Below, piece after piece: positions 47,611 to 57,108 of a stretch of 64,000 nt of DNA. The notes beneath the pieces are model-generated. The model did no database searches. It was not told the DNA's origin and worked only from the letters and a program-made list of their open reading frames with translations. Made by a program: the position numbers and the translations under genes. The stretch spans positions 24,336 through 88,335 of the forward strand of contig JAZDGT010000033.1 in the NCBI GenBank assembly GCA_043806635.1. Direction: 5' to 3'. Every line of letters starts with the position of its first letter. Position 1 is the stretch's first letter. The DNA is from Methanobacteriota archaeon. GTDB taxonomy: Archaea; Thermoplasmatota; E2; DHVEG-1.

Positions 47611-48396
47611 TCATAAACGTTTGGGTTTTTTACTGGTTTTTTCTTGTTCTACCGCTTCTTTGAGGCTGATGTTCCCGTGGAGGACTTTGAGTGCGGTTTT
47701 TTCAGAGATAGAGTATTGTCCCTCAGTGAGTTGTCTGCTGTGTTTCTGGATGTTCCTGATGGCTCCTTTTGTGGGGTGGAGAGGAAGCTTTTTTTGTACC
47801 TTCCCACCGGATATGAGAGCGATGGCTGCGGCGGCTTCCTTATCTTTTTCCATCCGTCGAGTTTGATGCGAGGGCGTTGTCTTGGTTTCGTCAACAATCT
47901 GGATGGGTATCGCGAGGGGGATGAGTGAGTTTATGATCCAGTTGCGTATCAGTTGCGATCCATGGCCGATGCGGATTATGGTTTCGAGTGAGGGGTATTC
48001 TCTCAGGAATCGTTTTATGAGTGGTGTTACTTGTTCTGGTGCATCAACCTGGGTTTTTTGTAGGAGTATATCATCGCCGATGATGGCGATACCGGGTCGT
48101 TCTCCTGGGTCGATTCCGATGAACACTTTAGTGTATAAGTCTTTTCCAATAAGCATCTGTAAGGCAAGATCAACCGCATGATCTAAGGAGTCGTATACGT
48201 CTGCCGCAATCGCTTTCTGCGTTTTTTTGATATCATGTAGTTCTTGATGCGAGGTGATGATGACGCCGACACCACTGGGGATATGTTGTAGAGACGATAA
48301 TGATACGTAGGCGATCCCTCGTCGTCTCAGCACCTTTAACAGGTCATGGTAGAGAGAGAAATCCTGGGTGTACACCCCCATGGTTTTCATCATCAA
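47611..48396 (-). CDS. Hypothetical protein with RNase H-fold (YqgF/RuvC-like) nuclease signature
   Basis: VFIGIDPGERPGIAIIGDD resembles the catalytic N-terminus of the RuvC/YqgF/DUF460 family. Confidence 0.35.
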   Translation of the reverse strand: MMMKTMGVYTQDFSLYHDLLKVLRRRGIAYVSLSSLQHIPSGVGVIITSHQELHDIKKTQKAIAADVYDSLDHAVDLALQMLIGKDLYTKVFIGIDPGERPGIAIIGDDILLQKTQVDAPEQVTPLIKRFLREYPSLETIIRIGHGSQLIRNWIINSLIPLAIPIQIVDETKTTPSHQTRRMEKDKEAAAAIALISGGKVQKKLPLHPTKGAIRNIQKHSRQLTEGQYSISEKTALKVLHGNISLKEAVEQEKTSKKPKRL

Positions 48397-48454
48397 GGGT
48401 ATTCATCGTTTATGAAGATTATAATTGTTTTGTACTCGGGTCTAGGTCATGGTT

Positions 48455-49177
48455 TTAGTGGAGTAAGAAATAGGGGAGTCGTTGGAGTATTGCGACGGTG
48501 AGTATGAGCGCGAGGATGAATAAGACCGCCCAGATGATCCCGTTCCACTGGATCACTTTTTTCCCGTCAAGGGAACCTAGGGGGAGGAGGTTGAATGTTG
48601 CGAGTAGCGCGTTCACGAGGCAGACAAAACCCACCATTCTCCCAAGGAACCCTGATTCGAAAAACACGATCGTGTAGAGGGGGTAGGCGATGAGAGCGAT
48701 AATGATGTTTGCTGATGATCCGGCGGCAGCGATCTTCCCCATCTCGAAAGGCCGTGTTTCCCCTCGGAACATGACTGCTCCCGGAGCAGCGAACACGACA
48801 CCGGTGACCACCGCTAGGATGATGGAGAGAAGGAGTCCTGCGGGGAACATGCGGAATTCGGACCATAACCCGTATTTCTGCGCCATGAATTTATGAGAAA
48901 GCTCATGAATGAGAAACGCAGTTAATAACGCGAGAAACGAGATTGGTAATGAATAGAGCCATGCTTGCGGGTTGAACTGGCCGAAAAGCAGCCGACTCTG
49001 CGACAAGGGAAAGGAGAACGCAAGGGTGAGCACACCCATTGCTACCGTAATATGAATGATTTCTGTTTTACTGAACTCCCCCGGCTTCCCCATCTCAAGT
49101 GTTGCTTTTGGGAAGTACATGTACTCCCGAGGCGGGATATCCTGCAGGGAAGGGTATGTTTTTCGTTGTTCCTCCAC
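48455..49177 (-). CDS. Site-2-protease-type (M50) membrane zinc metalloprotease
   Basis: HELSH (HExxH) inside a TM helix, polytopic. 240 aa. Confidence 0.6.
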   Translation of the reverse strand: MEEQRKTYPSLQDIPPREYMYFPKATLEMGKPGEFSKTEIIHITVAMGVLTLAFSFPLSQSRLLFGQFNPQAWLYSLPISFLALLTAFLIHELSHKFMAQKYGLWSEFRMFPAGLLLSIILAVVTGVVFAAPGAVMFRGETRPFEMGKIAAAGSSANIIIALIAYPLYTIVFFESGFLGRMVGFVCLVNALLATFNLLPLGSLDGKKVIQWNGIIWAVLFILALILTVAILQRLPYFLLH

Positions 49178-49242
49178 GAAACCTCCTTATCCCTTTTTCG
49201 CTTATGAACATTTTGCGTCTACAAAAAAATAGTTGCTTTTTT

Positions 49243-50415
49243 TTAGCCACCCGCAGCAAGACTGAGAATCCAGGGTAACGCAATAACTGTACCGATGATA
49301 CTCCCCAGATTTGCTAAGGCGACCACCATTAACAACCGGATCACCCGATTCCTAAAAAAATCCCGCATCGTCTCAATTTTACTCAGCTCCTGGAAATCCT
49401 TCACCACCGGCATCCTGAATTTTGCTTCTACTAGACCTGCGAACCACCCCGGTGCAAAAAACGGCTCCAACGACGTAAACGGTGCCGCAACAAATGCGGT
49501 CAAACATGACAATGGATGACCCCGCGCGATTGCTGCACCCGCAGCAGATAATAACCCATGGACGAGGAACCAGATGAGAAAAATATCTCCGATTCGCGAC
49601 CAGGCGTTTACTCCACGACTATAAAACAACCAAAAAATGACACCAGCAAAAATAACTGGGATCGCCACCGCCACAATCTTCGCGATGCTCACCCGTTTTT
49701 TCGGTACCATCTCAAGCTCTTTCAAATCCACCGTTACACGCTTTTCCTCAAGATGTTTCCGAATCCCCTCAAGATGACCAGCACCAACAACCGCGACCAC
49801 CCGACCTTTCTTACTTTCCTCAAAAATCCTCTGCGAAATATACGCATCACGCTCATGAATAAGCACCGTCGCCACACTGGGGACGATCTTACCCAACTCC
49901 TTCAACATCTCGGAGATGACATCCTGATTCATCAGCTCCTTCAGATCCAGTTCCTCAAGGTCTTCCTCATCATACCCAAACAAGACCTTCATGAACTCCC
50001 AGAACAACCGAAGCTTCTCACGAACCCCCATCTTCCGCCAGGCTCGTTTAAACGTGATCGCGATATCACGATCAACCAAGGCCACCTCAAGATTTCCTTT
50101 CTTCGCAACATCAATCGCCGCGACCATCTCCGACCCGGGCTCAACACCAAATTCTTTCCCCAGACGTCGCTGAATCGATGCTAAAAACGTTTGAGCCAAA
50201 ACAAAATACGCTTGATTTCCCTTCAGCAATGCGGTAACCGGGGTGTTCTCCCATTTCTCCTTCTCCGTCAACGCCTTATACCGCCGCTGATCAAGCTCCA
50301 CAGCGACAACCACCGGTTTATACTGCGCAATCGCCGCGGTCACCTCACGAACACTATCCTCAGAAATATGCGCAGTCCCAACAAGAATAATATCATCAGA
50401 AATTTTTATTTCCAC
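49243..50415 (-). CDS. TraB/PrgY/GumN-family protein with C-terminal membrane domain
   Basis: N-terminal LVGTAHISEDSVREV…VAVELD TraB signature. C-terminal 4 TM. Confidence 0.6.
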   Translation of the reverse strand: MEIKISDDIILVGTAHISEDSVREVTAAIAQYKPVVVAVELDQRRYKALTEKEKWENTPVTALLKGNQAYFVLAQTFLASIQRRLGKEFGVEPGSEMVAAIDVAKKGNLEVALVDRDIAITFKRAWRKMGVREKLRLFWEFMKVLFGYDEEDLEELDLKELMNQDVISEMLKELGKIVPSVATVLIHERDAYISQRIFEESKKGRVVAVVGAGHLEGIRKHLEEKRVTVDLKELEMVPKKRVSIAKIVAVAIPVIFAGVIFWLFYSRGVNAWSRIGDIFLIWFLVHGLLSAAGAAIARGHPLSCLTAFVAAPFTSLEPFFAPGWFAGLVEAKFRMPVVKDFQELSKIETMRDFFRNRVIRLLMVVALANLGSIIGTVIALPWILSLAAGG

Positions 50416-50468
50416 AGTCTCAACCTATCTATCACTGGTATCGATGCCCGTGTATATAAAAAACCTGT

Positions 50469-51098
50469 TTAGATTTCCGCTTCAAAATCTTCAACGGCGA
50501 CCTTAAAATCATCATCCGTCTTGATTTTCTCCTGAGCCTTCAATATCTCTTTCGCGAGTAACCAATAGACGAGCGCAAGAGCACGACGGCCTTTATTATT
50601 CGTCGGGATCACGATATCAACATATTTCGTCTCATTATTCGTATCACACAACGCAACTACAGGAATACCGATATTCTCCGCTTCATGAAGCGCCTGCATA
50701 TCGGCCAAGGGATCTGTTAAAATAATAATCTCCGGCTCCACATAATCTTTTGAATTCGGATTCGTCAACGTCCCTGGACGGAACCGACCATCCATCACTG
50801 TAATCCCGGTATATTCACCCAGTTTCCGAATCGGTTTCTGACCATATTGCCGCACGGAAACGACGAGGATTTTCTCAGGAGTATATTTCGCAAGTAGTTT
50901 CGCCGCGCTTTTAATCTTTTTATCTGTTTGCTTCACATCGATAATATACAAACCATCATTACGAACTTTATAGATGAATTGTTTGATATCCGCGGTTTTC
51001 TGTCGCGTCCCAATATGAACCCCTGATGTCATATACGTCTCTTCAGAAACCATGAGCTCTTTTTCGGTGTTCTCCGGGGTCTCTTTTTTCTCCGCCAT
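50469..51098 (-). CDS. rps2: 30S ribosomal protein S2 (uS2)
   Basis: VHIGTRQKT…DGLYIIDV…, 209 aa. Confidence 0.85.
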   Translation of the reverse strand: MAEKKETPENTEKELMVSEETYMTSGVHIGTRQKTADIKQFIYKVRNDGLYIIDVKQTDKKIKSAAKLLAKYTPEKILVVSVRQYGQKPIRKLGEYTGITVMDGRFRPGTLTNPNSKDYVEPEIIILTDPLADMQALHEAENIGIPVVALCDTNNETKYVDIVIPTNNKGRRALALVYWLLAKEILKAQEKIKTDDDFKVAVEDFEAEI

Positions 51099-51112
51099 AC
51101 CTTCTTCCTCTT

Positions 51113-51301
51113 TTAACTACTCACAATTGTCGTCCTTTTCACAGTGATCGGAATCGCGTCTTCCTTAAACTCCACCATAGCGATATCAATAGGGTCAATT
51201 GCATCTTTTGGTATCTTCGCTAACGTCGACGGCGCTCCCATGGAGAGCTGCAACGCTCGTGCACCAATAATCCTGGCTTTTTCAAATCGAGTATATTCCA
51301 C
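51113..51301 (-). CDS. rpoK: DNA-directed RNA polymerase subunit K (Rpb6 homologue). Probable GTG start at 51301, since the ORF track extends it to ATG 51340.
   Basis: [22 protein letters not shown]…[11 protein letters not shown] matches the RpoK core. The upstream 13 residues ([13 protein letters not shown]) are unlike RpoK. Confidence 0.7.
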   Translation of the reverse strand: MEYTRFEKARIIGARALQLSMGAPSTLAKIPKDAIDPIDIAMVEFKEDAIPITVKRTTIVSS

Positions 51302-51457
51302 AGTATACCTCCGGAAACTCCAGATAAGTAGAAGCACCAAATACTAGAAACATTTAAAAAGGTTACCCCTAACGTAAAGGAGGATAAAAACCTCGGTTTT
51401 CATATCATTAACGGAGAGATACCCGGATACGGAACAGGAGGAAATCACCCAGTTTTT

Positions 51458-51703
51458 TTATTTTAACTCATCCTGAGGGTCGAACACGTCCGTTGTTGAT
51501 CGGTTCGAAAACTCTTCTAAAGCAAGCTCCATATCAAACGTGATATCCCGTAATAATTCATAGATTCGCTCGTTTCTAAATTCTTTTACCCCGTCGATGT
51601 CTGAATAAATTTTACCGAGATATTCGCCATCGTTTCTGTGAATTTCTATGTTATATAAAACTTCCTCCATTCTAACTCCCTCTCTTCTATGTGATGCTAA
51701 CAA
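51458..51703 (-). CDS. Hypothetical 81-aa acidic protein between rpl30 and rpoK
   Basis: ORF only. It sits where rpl15/secY would be expected. Confidence 0.3.
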   Translation of the reverse strand: MLASHRREGVRMEEVLYNIEIHRNDGEYLGKIYSDIDGVKEFRNERIYELLRDITFDMELALEEFSNRSTTDVFDPQDELK

Positions 51704-51763
51704 TAAAATACATGGGATATAATAACTTTGTGGAATAATCAGGGTTTTTCAACGACGTTCTGG

Positions 51764-52228
51764 TTAAAGCATCCGTTCAATCAACTTGTTGATGTCTTTC
51801 CCACGGTACCCAAGCGCGCCACCATTTTGATATGACCGTTTAATCCCTTCATATCCTTTCTGTGGCGGGTGTAAACGAAATAAGGGTTTCACCTCAGGGA
51901 TATCCTTATACGTGAATTTGTTTTCTATGATCGCGTGTGTGAGCGTCTCCATCGTCTTAAAAGAAGTCGATGATTTCAGGTATTCCTCAGTGATTGGTTT
52001 ATCACCCTGCAACATTCCTCGGGAGGTGATGAGTTTTGTTAACGTTTCCTTCGAAATCTCCCCCCAGGTCGTGTAATCCTTCACCATCTGCAGCATCCCC
52101 TTGTACACCTTGTTTTCTTCGAGAATCGTACAATGATTCGCCCTGGTTAATCGGAGTAATCGTAACGTTTTTTTGATATCGGGTTTCATATTCAAGGTTC
52201 CTCGAACTCGTACCACAGCAAACACCAT
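51764..52228 (-). CDS. rpl30: 50S ribosomal protein L30 (uL30), archaeal long form
   Basis: MVFAVVRVRGTLNMKPDIKKTLRLLRL…, 154 aa. Confidence 0.8.
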   Translation of the reverse strand: MVFAVVRVRGTLNMKPDIKKTLRLLRLTRANHCTILEENKVYKGMLQMVKDYTTWGEISKETLTKLITSRGMLQGDKPITEEYLKSSTSFKTMETLTHAIIENKFTYKDIPEVKPLFRLHPPQKGYEGIKRSYQNGGALGYRGKDINKLIERML

Positions 52229-52231
52229 AGC

Positions 52232-52984
52232 TTATGCCTCCTTCGCAGCATCTTCAGGTACCGGTGGTTTTACTTCTTCTTTCGGTAACCCGATGCTTCC
52301 TAAAACGATACCGAGGTTCTTTTTCTCTTCCCCGGTGATTCGATGATCCGCGTTTCGTTCTAACGCGTTAAAAACGGCTTTCGCGTTGTTCACCACGGTT
52401 TTCGTTTTCCCACTCGTGAACGACCAACAATCCTGTACCCCTGCTAATCGGAGGATCTTCTTTGCGACATCACCCGTCGCGAGACCAATCCCATGCGGCG
52501 CGGGTTTAAACGTCACCTCAACGGAGCCGCTTTTCCCCGTGATGGCGAACGGGAGTGTATGCGGTTTTTTACAGCCACATTCCCATGATCCACATCCTCG
52601 ACGGATCTCGATGATGTTTAATTTCGCGTTATCAATCGCCTTTTTTATGCTGGAGCCGACCTCTCGACCCTTTGCTTGGCCAAGACCGATAAACCCGTCT
52701 TTATTCCCGACTGCGACGGTGATTAAGAACTTGACTCGTCTTCCTGAGTCCGTCATCCGTTGAACCATGTTCACATCAATGACTTCATCTTCAGCGTCAG
52801 GTAATAACAGGTCGATGATTTGTGGTTCTCTCATTCTCAGGCCAGTCTGTAATGCGTCATTCATGGTTTTGATATCACCGTTCTTCACGAGATGACCAAG
52901 TCTGGTTTTTGGTACCCATTGTTCCAACGATATTCCTTCGTCTAATCTCGTGTTTCGTCTTGGTCGTGGTCTGCGTCCGCTCAT
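52232..52984 (-). CDS. rps5: 30S ribosomal protein S5 (uS5)
   Basis: dsRBD plus S5 C-terminal domain (GDGKGR-like [12 protein letters not shown]…). 250 aa. Confidence 0.85.
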   Translation of the reverse strand: MSGRRPRPRRNTRLDEGISLEQWVPKTRLGHLVKNGDIKTMNDALQTGLRMREPQIIDLLLPDAEDEVIDVNMVQRMTDSGRRVKFLITVAVGNKDGFIGLGQAKGREVGSSIKKAIDNAKLNIIEIRRGCGSWECGCKKPHTLPFAITGKSGSVEVTFKPAPHGIGLATGDVAKKILRLAGVQDCWSFTSGKTKTVVNNAKAVFNALERNADHRITGEEKKNLGIVLGSIGLPKEEVKPPVPEDAAKEA

Positions 52985-53490
52985 TCTTTACCCCCTGTAA
53001 TCTTCTTTTTTGTATCCTGCACTGCAGGCATAAGTTCTTTATTCAGATGTTTTCCAACTATCCGGTCATCACTGGGGAGCATCTTACTATCATGCGGGCA
53101 AGTAATCCCTGCGTCGAGGACTCCTTTTAACACTGCGAACAGTTTTGACCCGGTCGTCGGCATTGAACGACCGATATCAAGTACTCCTTCACTGATTCCT
53201 TTCTCCTGCGCTCGTTTCCCCGCAAGCAACCCCGTGAGATACGCGGCAGGTGTCGTCGCAGTGGAGTATTTCCACTGATACTGCTTCACGAGATCATCCG
53301 AGATAGAAGACGCAAGAACCTTGTCTCCACCAGCGTTGTATTCGATGAATTGAACCCTGATGTTTTTAATGGACTTGCGCACGACGATGCGGATTTTCCG
53401 TGATTTCAAGAGACGAAGTCGTTTTCGATAATCCGTTCGTCCTAGTCTATGTCGACGTGGTTTCACATGATATCGTGGTCCTTGTTTCAT
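52981..53490 (-). CDS. rpl18: 50S ribosomal protein L18 (uL18)
   Basis: [17 protein letters not shown]… 169 aa. Confidence 0.8.
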   Translation of the reverse strand: MKQGPRYHVKPRRHRLGRTDYRKRLRLLKSRKIRIVVRKSIKNIRVQFIEYNAGGDKVLASSISDDLVKQYQWKYSTATTPAAYLTGLLAGKRAQEKGISEGVLDIGRSMPTTGSKLFAVLKGVLDAGITCPHDSKMLPSDDRIVGKHLNKELMPAVQDTKKKITGGKE

Positions 53491-53948
53491 TGTTTTTCCT
53501 CCTTAATAAGTCCATCAGTGATCAGATGAGTTTTCAGATGGTGTTTACTGCGGAACTCACCACCTTTCGCTTTCATGTAATACCTTCGGTATTGATGAGG
53601 CGTAATGATTTTTTCTTCTCGTAATTGACTCAGGTACATGCGAAGGGGGCGAATCGTTCGTATCCATCGTTCCTTCTTCGGGGAACGAGCATATTTTTTT
53701 CCTTTCCGTGACCCTTGTCCACGTTGTCTCCCTTTTGCTTTCTGTTCCTTATTATAATTTTTCCGTGCATGGGAGATACCCTTTTTTTGTTTACTCTGAA
53801 TTGCGCCACCGTCGATGAGAACGCGTATATCTTTTCGAATAACTGCTTTTGCGATCTCCTCCAAACGGTCGGGGTCCATCCAGACTCGGTTTACTCCGCA
53901 TTTCAGGATTGATGCCGCCATACGGCGTTGATTACGTAAATCAGTCAT
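53487..53948 (-). CDS. rpl19e: 50S ribosomal protein L19e (eL19)
   Basis: MTDLRNQRRMAASILKCGVNRVWMDP… 153 aa. Confidence 0.8.
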   Translation of the reverse strand: MTDLRNQRRMAASILKCGVNRVWMDPDRLEEIAKAVIRKDIRVLIDGGAIQSKQKKGISHARKNYNKEQKAKGRQRGQGSRKGKKYARSPKKERWIRTIRPLRMYLSQLREEKIITPHQYRRYYMKAKGGEFRSKHHLKTHLITDGLIKEEKQ

Positions 53949-53952
53949 GGTT

Positions 53953-54672
53953 TTACACCCTCATGTTCAATATTCTGATGTCGAGTTCATCAGCTTTTTT
54001 CGCGATATCTGCACGTTTCTTCGTCCCCACGGTGCTCCGTATCCGAGCAGCCTGCGTTTTCGGGTTCATCTTCGTGAGATCAGTGACGTTTGACACCATG
54101 ACTTCTTCAAAGCCTGATGGGTGTAACCCGCGAACTTCTTTTGGTCCTCGGAATCCGACGCGGACAACATGAGGTCGATACCCTTTGTGTTTCCTCATTT
54201 TCGAGGTGATCCCATCGGGTCTCCGCCAGTTCATCGGGATTCGTTTATACCGGAACCATTCCTCTCGCAAAAACCTGGGGTTTTTTCTTTGTTTCTTTCT
54301 TCGGAGCAGAAGCTGTTGTCGTTGCTCTTTACTCAACTCAGGTTTTTTCTTCGCTGTATACGTGCCTTTGGATGGTTCAACAATTTCGACTTGTTCTTTC
54401 TCCTCAGGTTTTTTCTCTGCTTTGGGTTGTTCTTTTGGTGTATCAGTTTTTGGTGTTTTCTTCGTGGTTTTCACTGGTTTTTTCTTCGCAAGTTGTTTTT
54501 TGATGTCCTGCGCGTTTTTTTCAGTAACTCCTTTGATTTTCGTTAACTCTTCAACCTTCGCATCTCGTAATTTCTCTATCGTAGTGAATCCATTCTCATA
54601 GAGGGACTCTGCTTTTGCTTTACCGACTCCTTTGAGTGCGGTGAATGCTTTAATGCTGTCTTCTTTCGTCAT
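53953..54672 (-). CDS. rpl32e: 50S ribosomal protein L32e (eL32) with N-terminal helix-hairpin-helix and Lys-rich linker extension
   Basis: C-terminal RFLREEWFRYKRIPMNWRRP…GYRPHVVRVGFRGPKEVRGLHPSGF is the L32e core. N-terminal LKGVGKAKAESLYENGF HhH plus about 70 aa K/E/P-rich. Confidence 0.75.
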   Translation of the reverse strand: MTKEDSIKAFTALKGVGKAKAESLYENGFTTIEKLRDAKVEELTKIKGVTEKNAQDIKKQLAKKKPVKTTKKTPKTDTPKEQPKAEKKPEEKEQVEIVEPSKGTYTAKKKPELSKEQRQQLLLRRKKQRKNPRFLREEWFRYKRIPMNWRRPDGITSKMRKHKGYRPHVVRVGFRGPKEVRGLHPSGFEEVMVSNVTDLTKMNPKTQAARIRSTVGTKKRADIAKKADELDIRILNMRV

Positions 54673-55226
54673 GGTTTCCCTCCTTTCCCTGAGATGATAT
54701 ACACACCGTCTTGGAATACTCGGACATCCCGGTTCTTCACTTTTGCCGCTCGTTCTATGTTTGCAGCGGTTTGACCAATCTGTTCAATGTTAATCCCTGA
54801 TAACGTAATCAGGTCACCTTGGATGGCTACTTTCACGCCTTCGAGGATTTTTGCTTTCCGGGGCGAGCGTTCCCCGAGGAAGTTCTGGATGATAAACGTG
54901 TTACCTTCTACTGCTGTTTTAATCGGGAAATGTGAATACACGGTTTTCATTTTGTATTCGTATCCATCGGTGACTCCTTTGATCATGTTGCGGATATGTG
55001 CGGCGTAGGTTCCAAGTAATGCTTTCTCTGCGCGGTGAGGTGACTTGTTACACAAGATAATCACCTTGTCCTTCTGAATCGTGATTTGTATTTTCGGGTT
55101 CCAAAACACCCTAGTGTTTACCCCTTTTGATCCTTTCACCTGTAATGTGTTCTTCTCGAAAGTGAGTTCGACTCCGGTTGGGATTTTGACTTCTTCCTTT
55201 ATTTCAGTTACTGCGGTCATGGTCAT
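54669..55226 (-). CDS. rpl6: 50S ribosomal protein L6 (uL6). Start moved to the internal Met after the S8 stop.
   Basis: Two-domain L6 sequence. The ORF-track start at 55304 would overlap rps8 by 70 nt. Confidence 0.8.
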   Translation of the reverse strand: MTMTAVTEIKEEVKIPTGVELTFEKNTLQVKGSKGVNTRVFWNPKIQITIQKDKVIILCNKSPHRAEKALLGTYAAHIRNMIKGVTDGYEYKMKTVYSHFPIKTAVEGNTFIIQNFLGERSPRKAKILEGVKVAIQGDLITLSGINIEQIGQTAANIERAAKVKNRDVRVFQDGVYIISGKGGKP

Positions 55227-55233
55227 CACATCC

Positions 55234-55623
55234 TTAATAGACATACGCGAGGAGTTTCCCTCCGATACCCATTTGTTTTGCTTCAGCATTTGAGATGACT
55301 CCATTCGTAGTCGTCAGGATGAGTAGCCCGAATTCTCGAGCGGGGAGGTATCGAGACTCCCATTTCTCGAGTTCATCACGTTTAATTGGATAGCGTGGTT
55401 TTATGACGCCGCAGTTGTTGATTTTCCCGAGGAGTTTCACCTCGAATATCCCTGCTTGTCCGTCATCGGCTAACTCGTAGCTTCCGATGTATCTTTTCTC
55501 TTTGAGAAGATTCAGGACTCCACCGATGAGTTTCGAGGAGGGGCGGATAACACAGGCGCCTTTTCCTTTTATTTCAGCGTTTTTGATCAGTGATAATGCA
55601 TCTGCCAATGGATCATTTAACAT
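55234..55623 (-). CDS. rps8: 30S ribosomal protein S8 (uS8)
   Basis: MLNDPLADALSLIKNAE… 129 aa. Confidence 0.85.
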   Translation of the reverse strand: MLNDPLADALSLIKNAEIKGKGACVIRPSSKLIGGVLNLLKEKRYIGSYELADDGQAGIFEVKLLGKINNCGVIKPRYPIKRDELEKWESRYLPAREFGLLILTTTNGVISNAEAKQMGIGGKLLAYVY

Positions 55624-55640
55624 AGATGTAGCAACTCCTT

Positions 55641-55796
55641 TTACCAGTATTTTTTAAATCCTATTTCTTCAGCTTTTTCTCGGAAGCATTGTCTGCAGAG
55701 ATGAAGACCATATTTTCTGATGAGACCGCGTTTTCTCCCGCATTGCTCGCACCCGATTTTTCTGCCGTACATTTTCTTCCGCTCTTTCTCTCTCAT
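55641..55796 (-). CDS. rps14: 30S ribosomal protein S14 (uS14, zinc-binding type Z), 51 aa, missing from the ORF track (under 60 aa)
   Basis: [52 protein letters not shown]4 zinc knuckle. TAATG overlap with the rpl5 stop. Confidence 0.8.
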   Translation of the reverse strand: MREKERKKMYGRKIGCEQCGRKRGLIRKYGLHLCRQCFREKAEEIGFKKYW

Positions 55797-56395
55797 TAGA
55801 CAACCTCCACTTGGTAGGCTTCTTTCAGGAACTCCATGGTTTCTTCGGGGGTGATTTGATGGCGTTGCGGTATTTTCCTCCGGTCGATTCGGCGGTGTTT
55901 AATACGATACCCTGGTTTCTGTATCGTGACGCAGATATCCATACCGAAGATCCCGATGTTCGGGTCATATCTCTGGTCTTTGAAGAGGGTGTGATCAGGT
56001 ACCCCAAATGAGATGTTCCCTTGATTGTCGAAGCTATAATCCGAGACTTGGTTGTTCCGTATTTTCAATGCTTCGACGAGGAATGCTTGCGCTTTTTTTC
56101 CTCGTAATGTCACCTTACAGCCGAGGGGCATTCCATCACGGATCCCCCAGTCTTTATTGGTTGTTCTTGAGAAGGTCTGCACCGGTTTCTGACCGGTGAT
56201 TCCTTTTAAGACGGATTGTGCTTTACTGAGTTTCTCACCGGCTTCACCGACGCCGATGTTAATCGTGATTTTCTCGATCCGTGGCCGCGTCATACTTATT
56301 TTATTCTCAGGTGTTTTCTCCGCAGTCTTCACCTTGACGGGTTTCTTTTTTGATGTTTTTTTCACGGGTTTTTCACTGGTTTTTTTCGCAGGCAT
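55796..56395 (-). CDS. rpl5: 50S ribosomal protein L5 (uL5) with about 30-aa Lys-rich N-terminal extension
   Basis: Core [15 protein letters not shown]… The N-terminal segment [32 protein letters not shown] is low-complexity. Confidence 0.85.
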   Translation of the reverse strand: MPAKKTSEKPVKKTSKKKPVKVKTAEKTPENKISMTRPRIEKITINIGVGEAGEKLSKAQSVLKGITGQKPVQTFSRTTNKDWGIRDGMPLGCKVTLRGKKAQAFLVEALKIRNNQVSDYSFDNQGNISFGVPDHTLFKDQRYDPNIGIFGMDICVTIQKPGYRIKHRRIDRRKIPQRHQITPEETMEFLKEAYQVEVV

Positions 56396-57108
56396 TACAT
56401 AGTCACCTCAGGTAACGCAATGATTGGTTTCGTTAGACCAATGGGGAACACGTACTCTGTGATAGTGGAGAACTCTGTGATGCCTTTCATCTTCGCCAGG
56501 TTCGGTTTCGATGAGGCAACAACTTCTACGTCTTCGATGTTGGCGGTCTGCCCGATATGTCTTCCCCCGACGATCATACAAACCGTTCCTTTCTTGAACG
56601 GAAAAACCTCGACGATTTTTTTTTCTTTAAGATCAATTTTGAGGACATCCCCTGTTGTATACTCGTCTTTTGGTACAATGATATTGGTCCCATCATGGAG
56701 ATTCAACTGGATTTTTTTCCCGCGGAGAACCGTTTTGTTCTCAATACGACAGAGTTTCCAGGTTGCGTTATCTGCAGGGATGGGGACGAGCATTAGTTTA
56801 CCTTTCCGGTCGAACAGAACGCGATAATCTTTTTTCAGCTCAGGGAGCGAGACAACATCCATGAACCCGCAGGGGAACTGATGGTTTTTTCGTTTCACTC
56901 CATCAACGAGTATATTCCCAGTAACAATGATTCGTTTCGCCTCTTTTTGCAGGTCACACAGCTGTAAAAAATCACGGACAACGGAGAGTAAGGAGAGTGA
57001 TTGCTCTATTCTATGGGGTCCGGGTGACGGTTTCGTCATCCAGACATGTTCTTTCCGGTGGATTCGTACTGTTCTAGGTGCTGCAAGTCTTTTTAAATGC
57101 TTACTCAT
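56395..57108 (-). CDS. rps4e: 30S ribosomal protein S4e (eS4)
   Basis: MSKHLKRLAAPRT…, S4/KOW domains, 237 aa. Confidence 0.85.
   Translation of the reverse strand: MSKHLKRLAAPRTVRIHRKEHVWMTKPSPGPHRIEQSLSLLSVVRDFLQLCDLQKEAKRIIVTGNILVDGVKRKNHQFPCGFMDVVSLPELKKDYRVLFDRKGKLMLVPIPADNATWKLCRIENKTVLRGKKIQLNLHDGTNIIVPKDEYTTGDVLKIDLKEKKIVEVFPFKKGTVCMIVGGRHIGQTANIEDVEVVASSKPNLAKMKGITEFSTITEYVFPIGLTKPIIALPEVTM

Noticed and set aside
54169-54601. Plus-strand ORFs of 125 and 138 aa
   Set aside because: They are antisense to the Lys-rich N-terminal extension of rpl32e, the same artefact as above.
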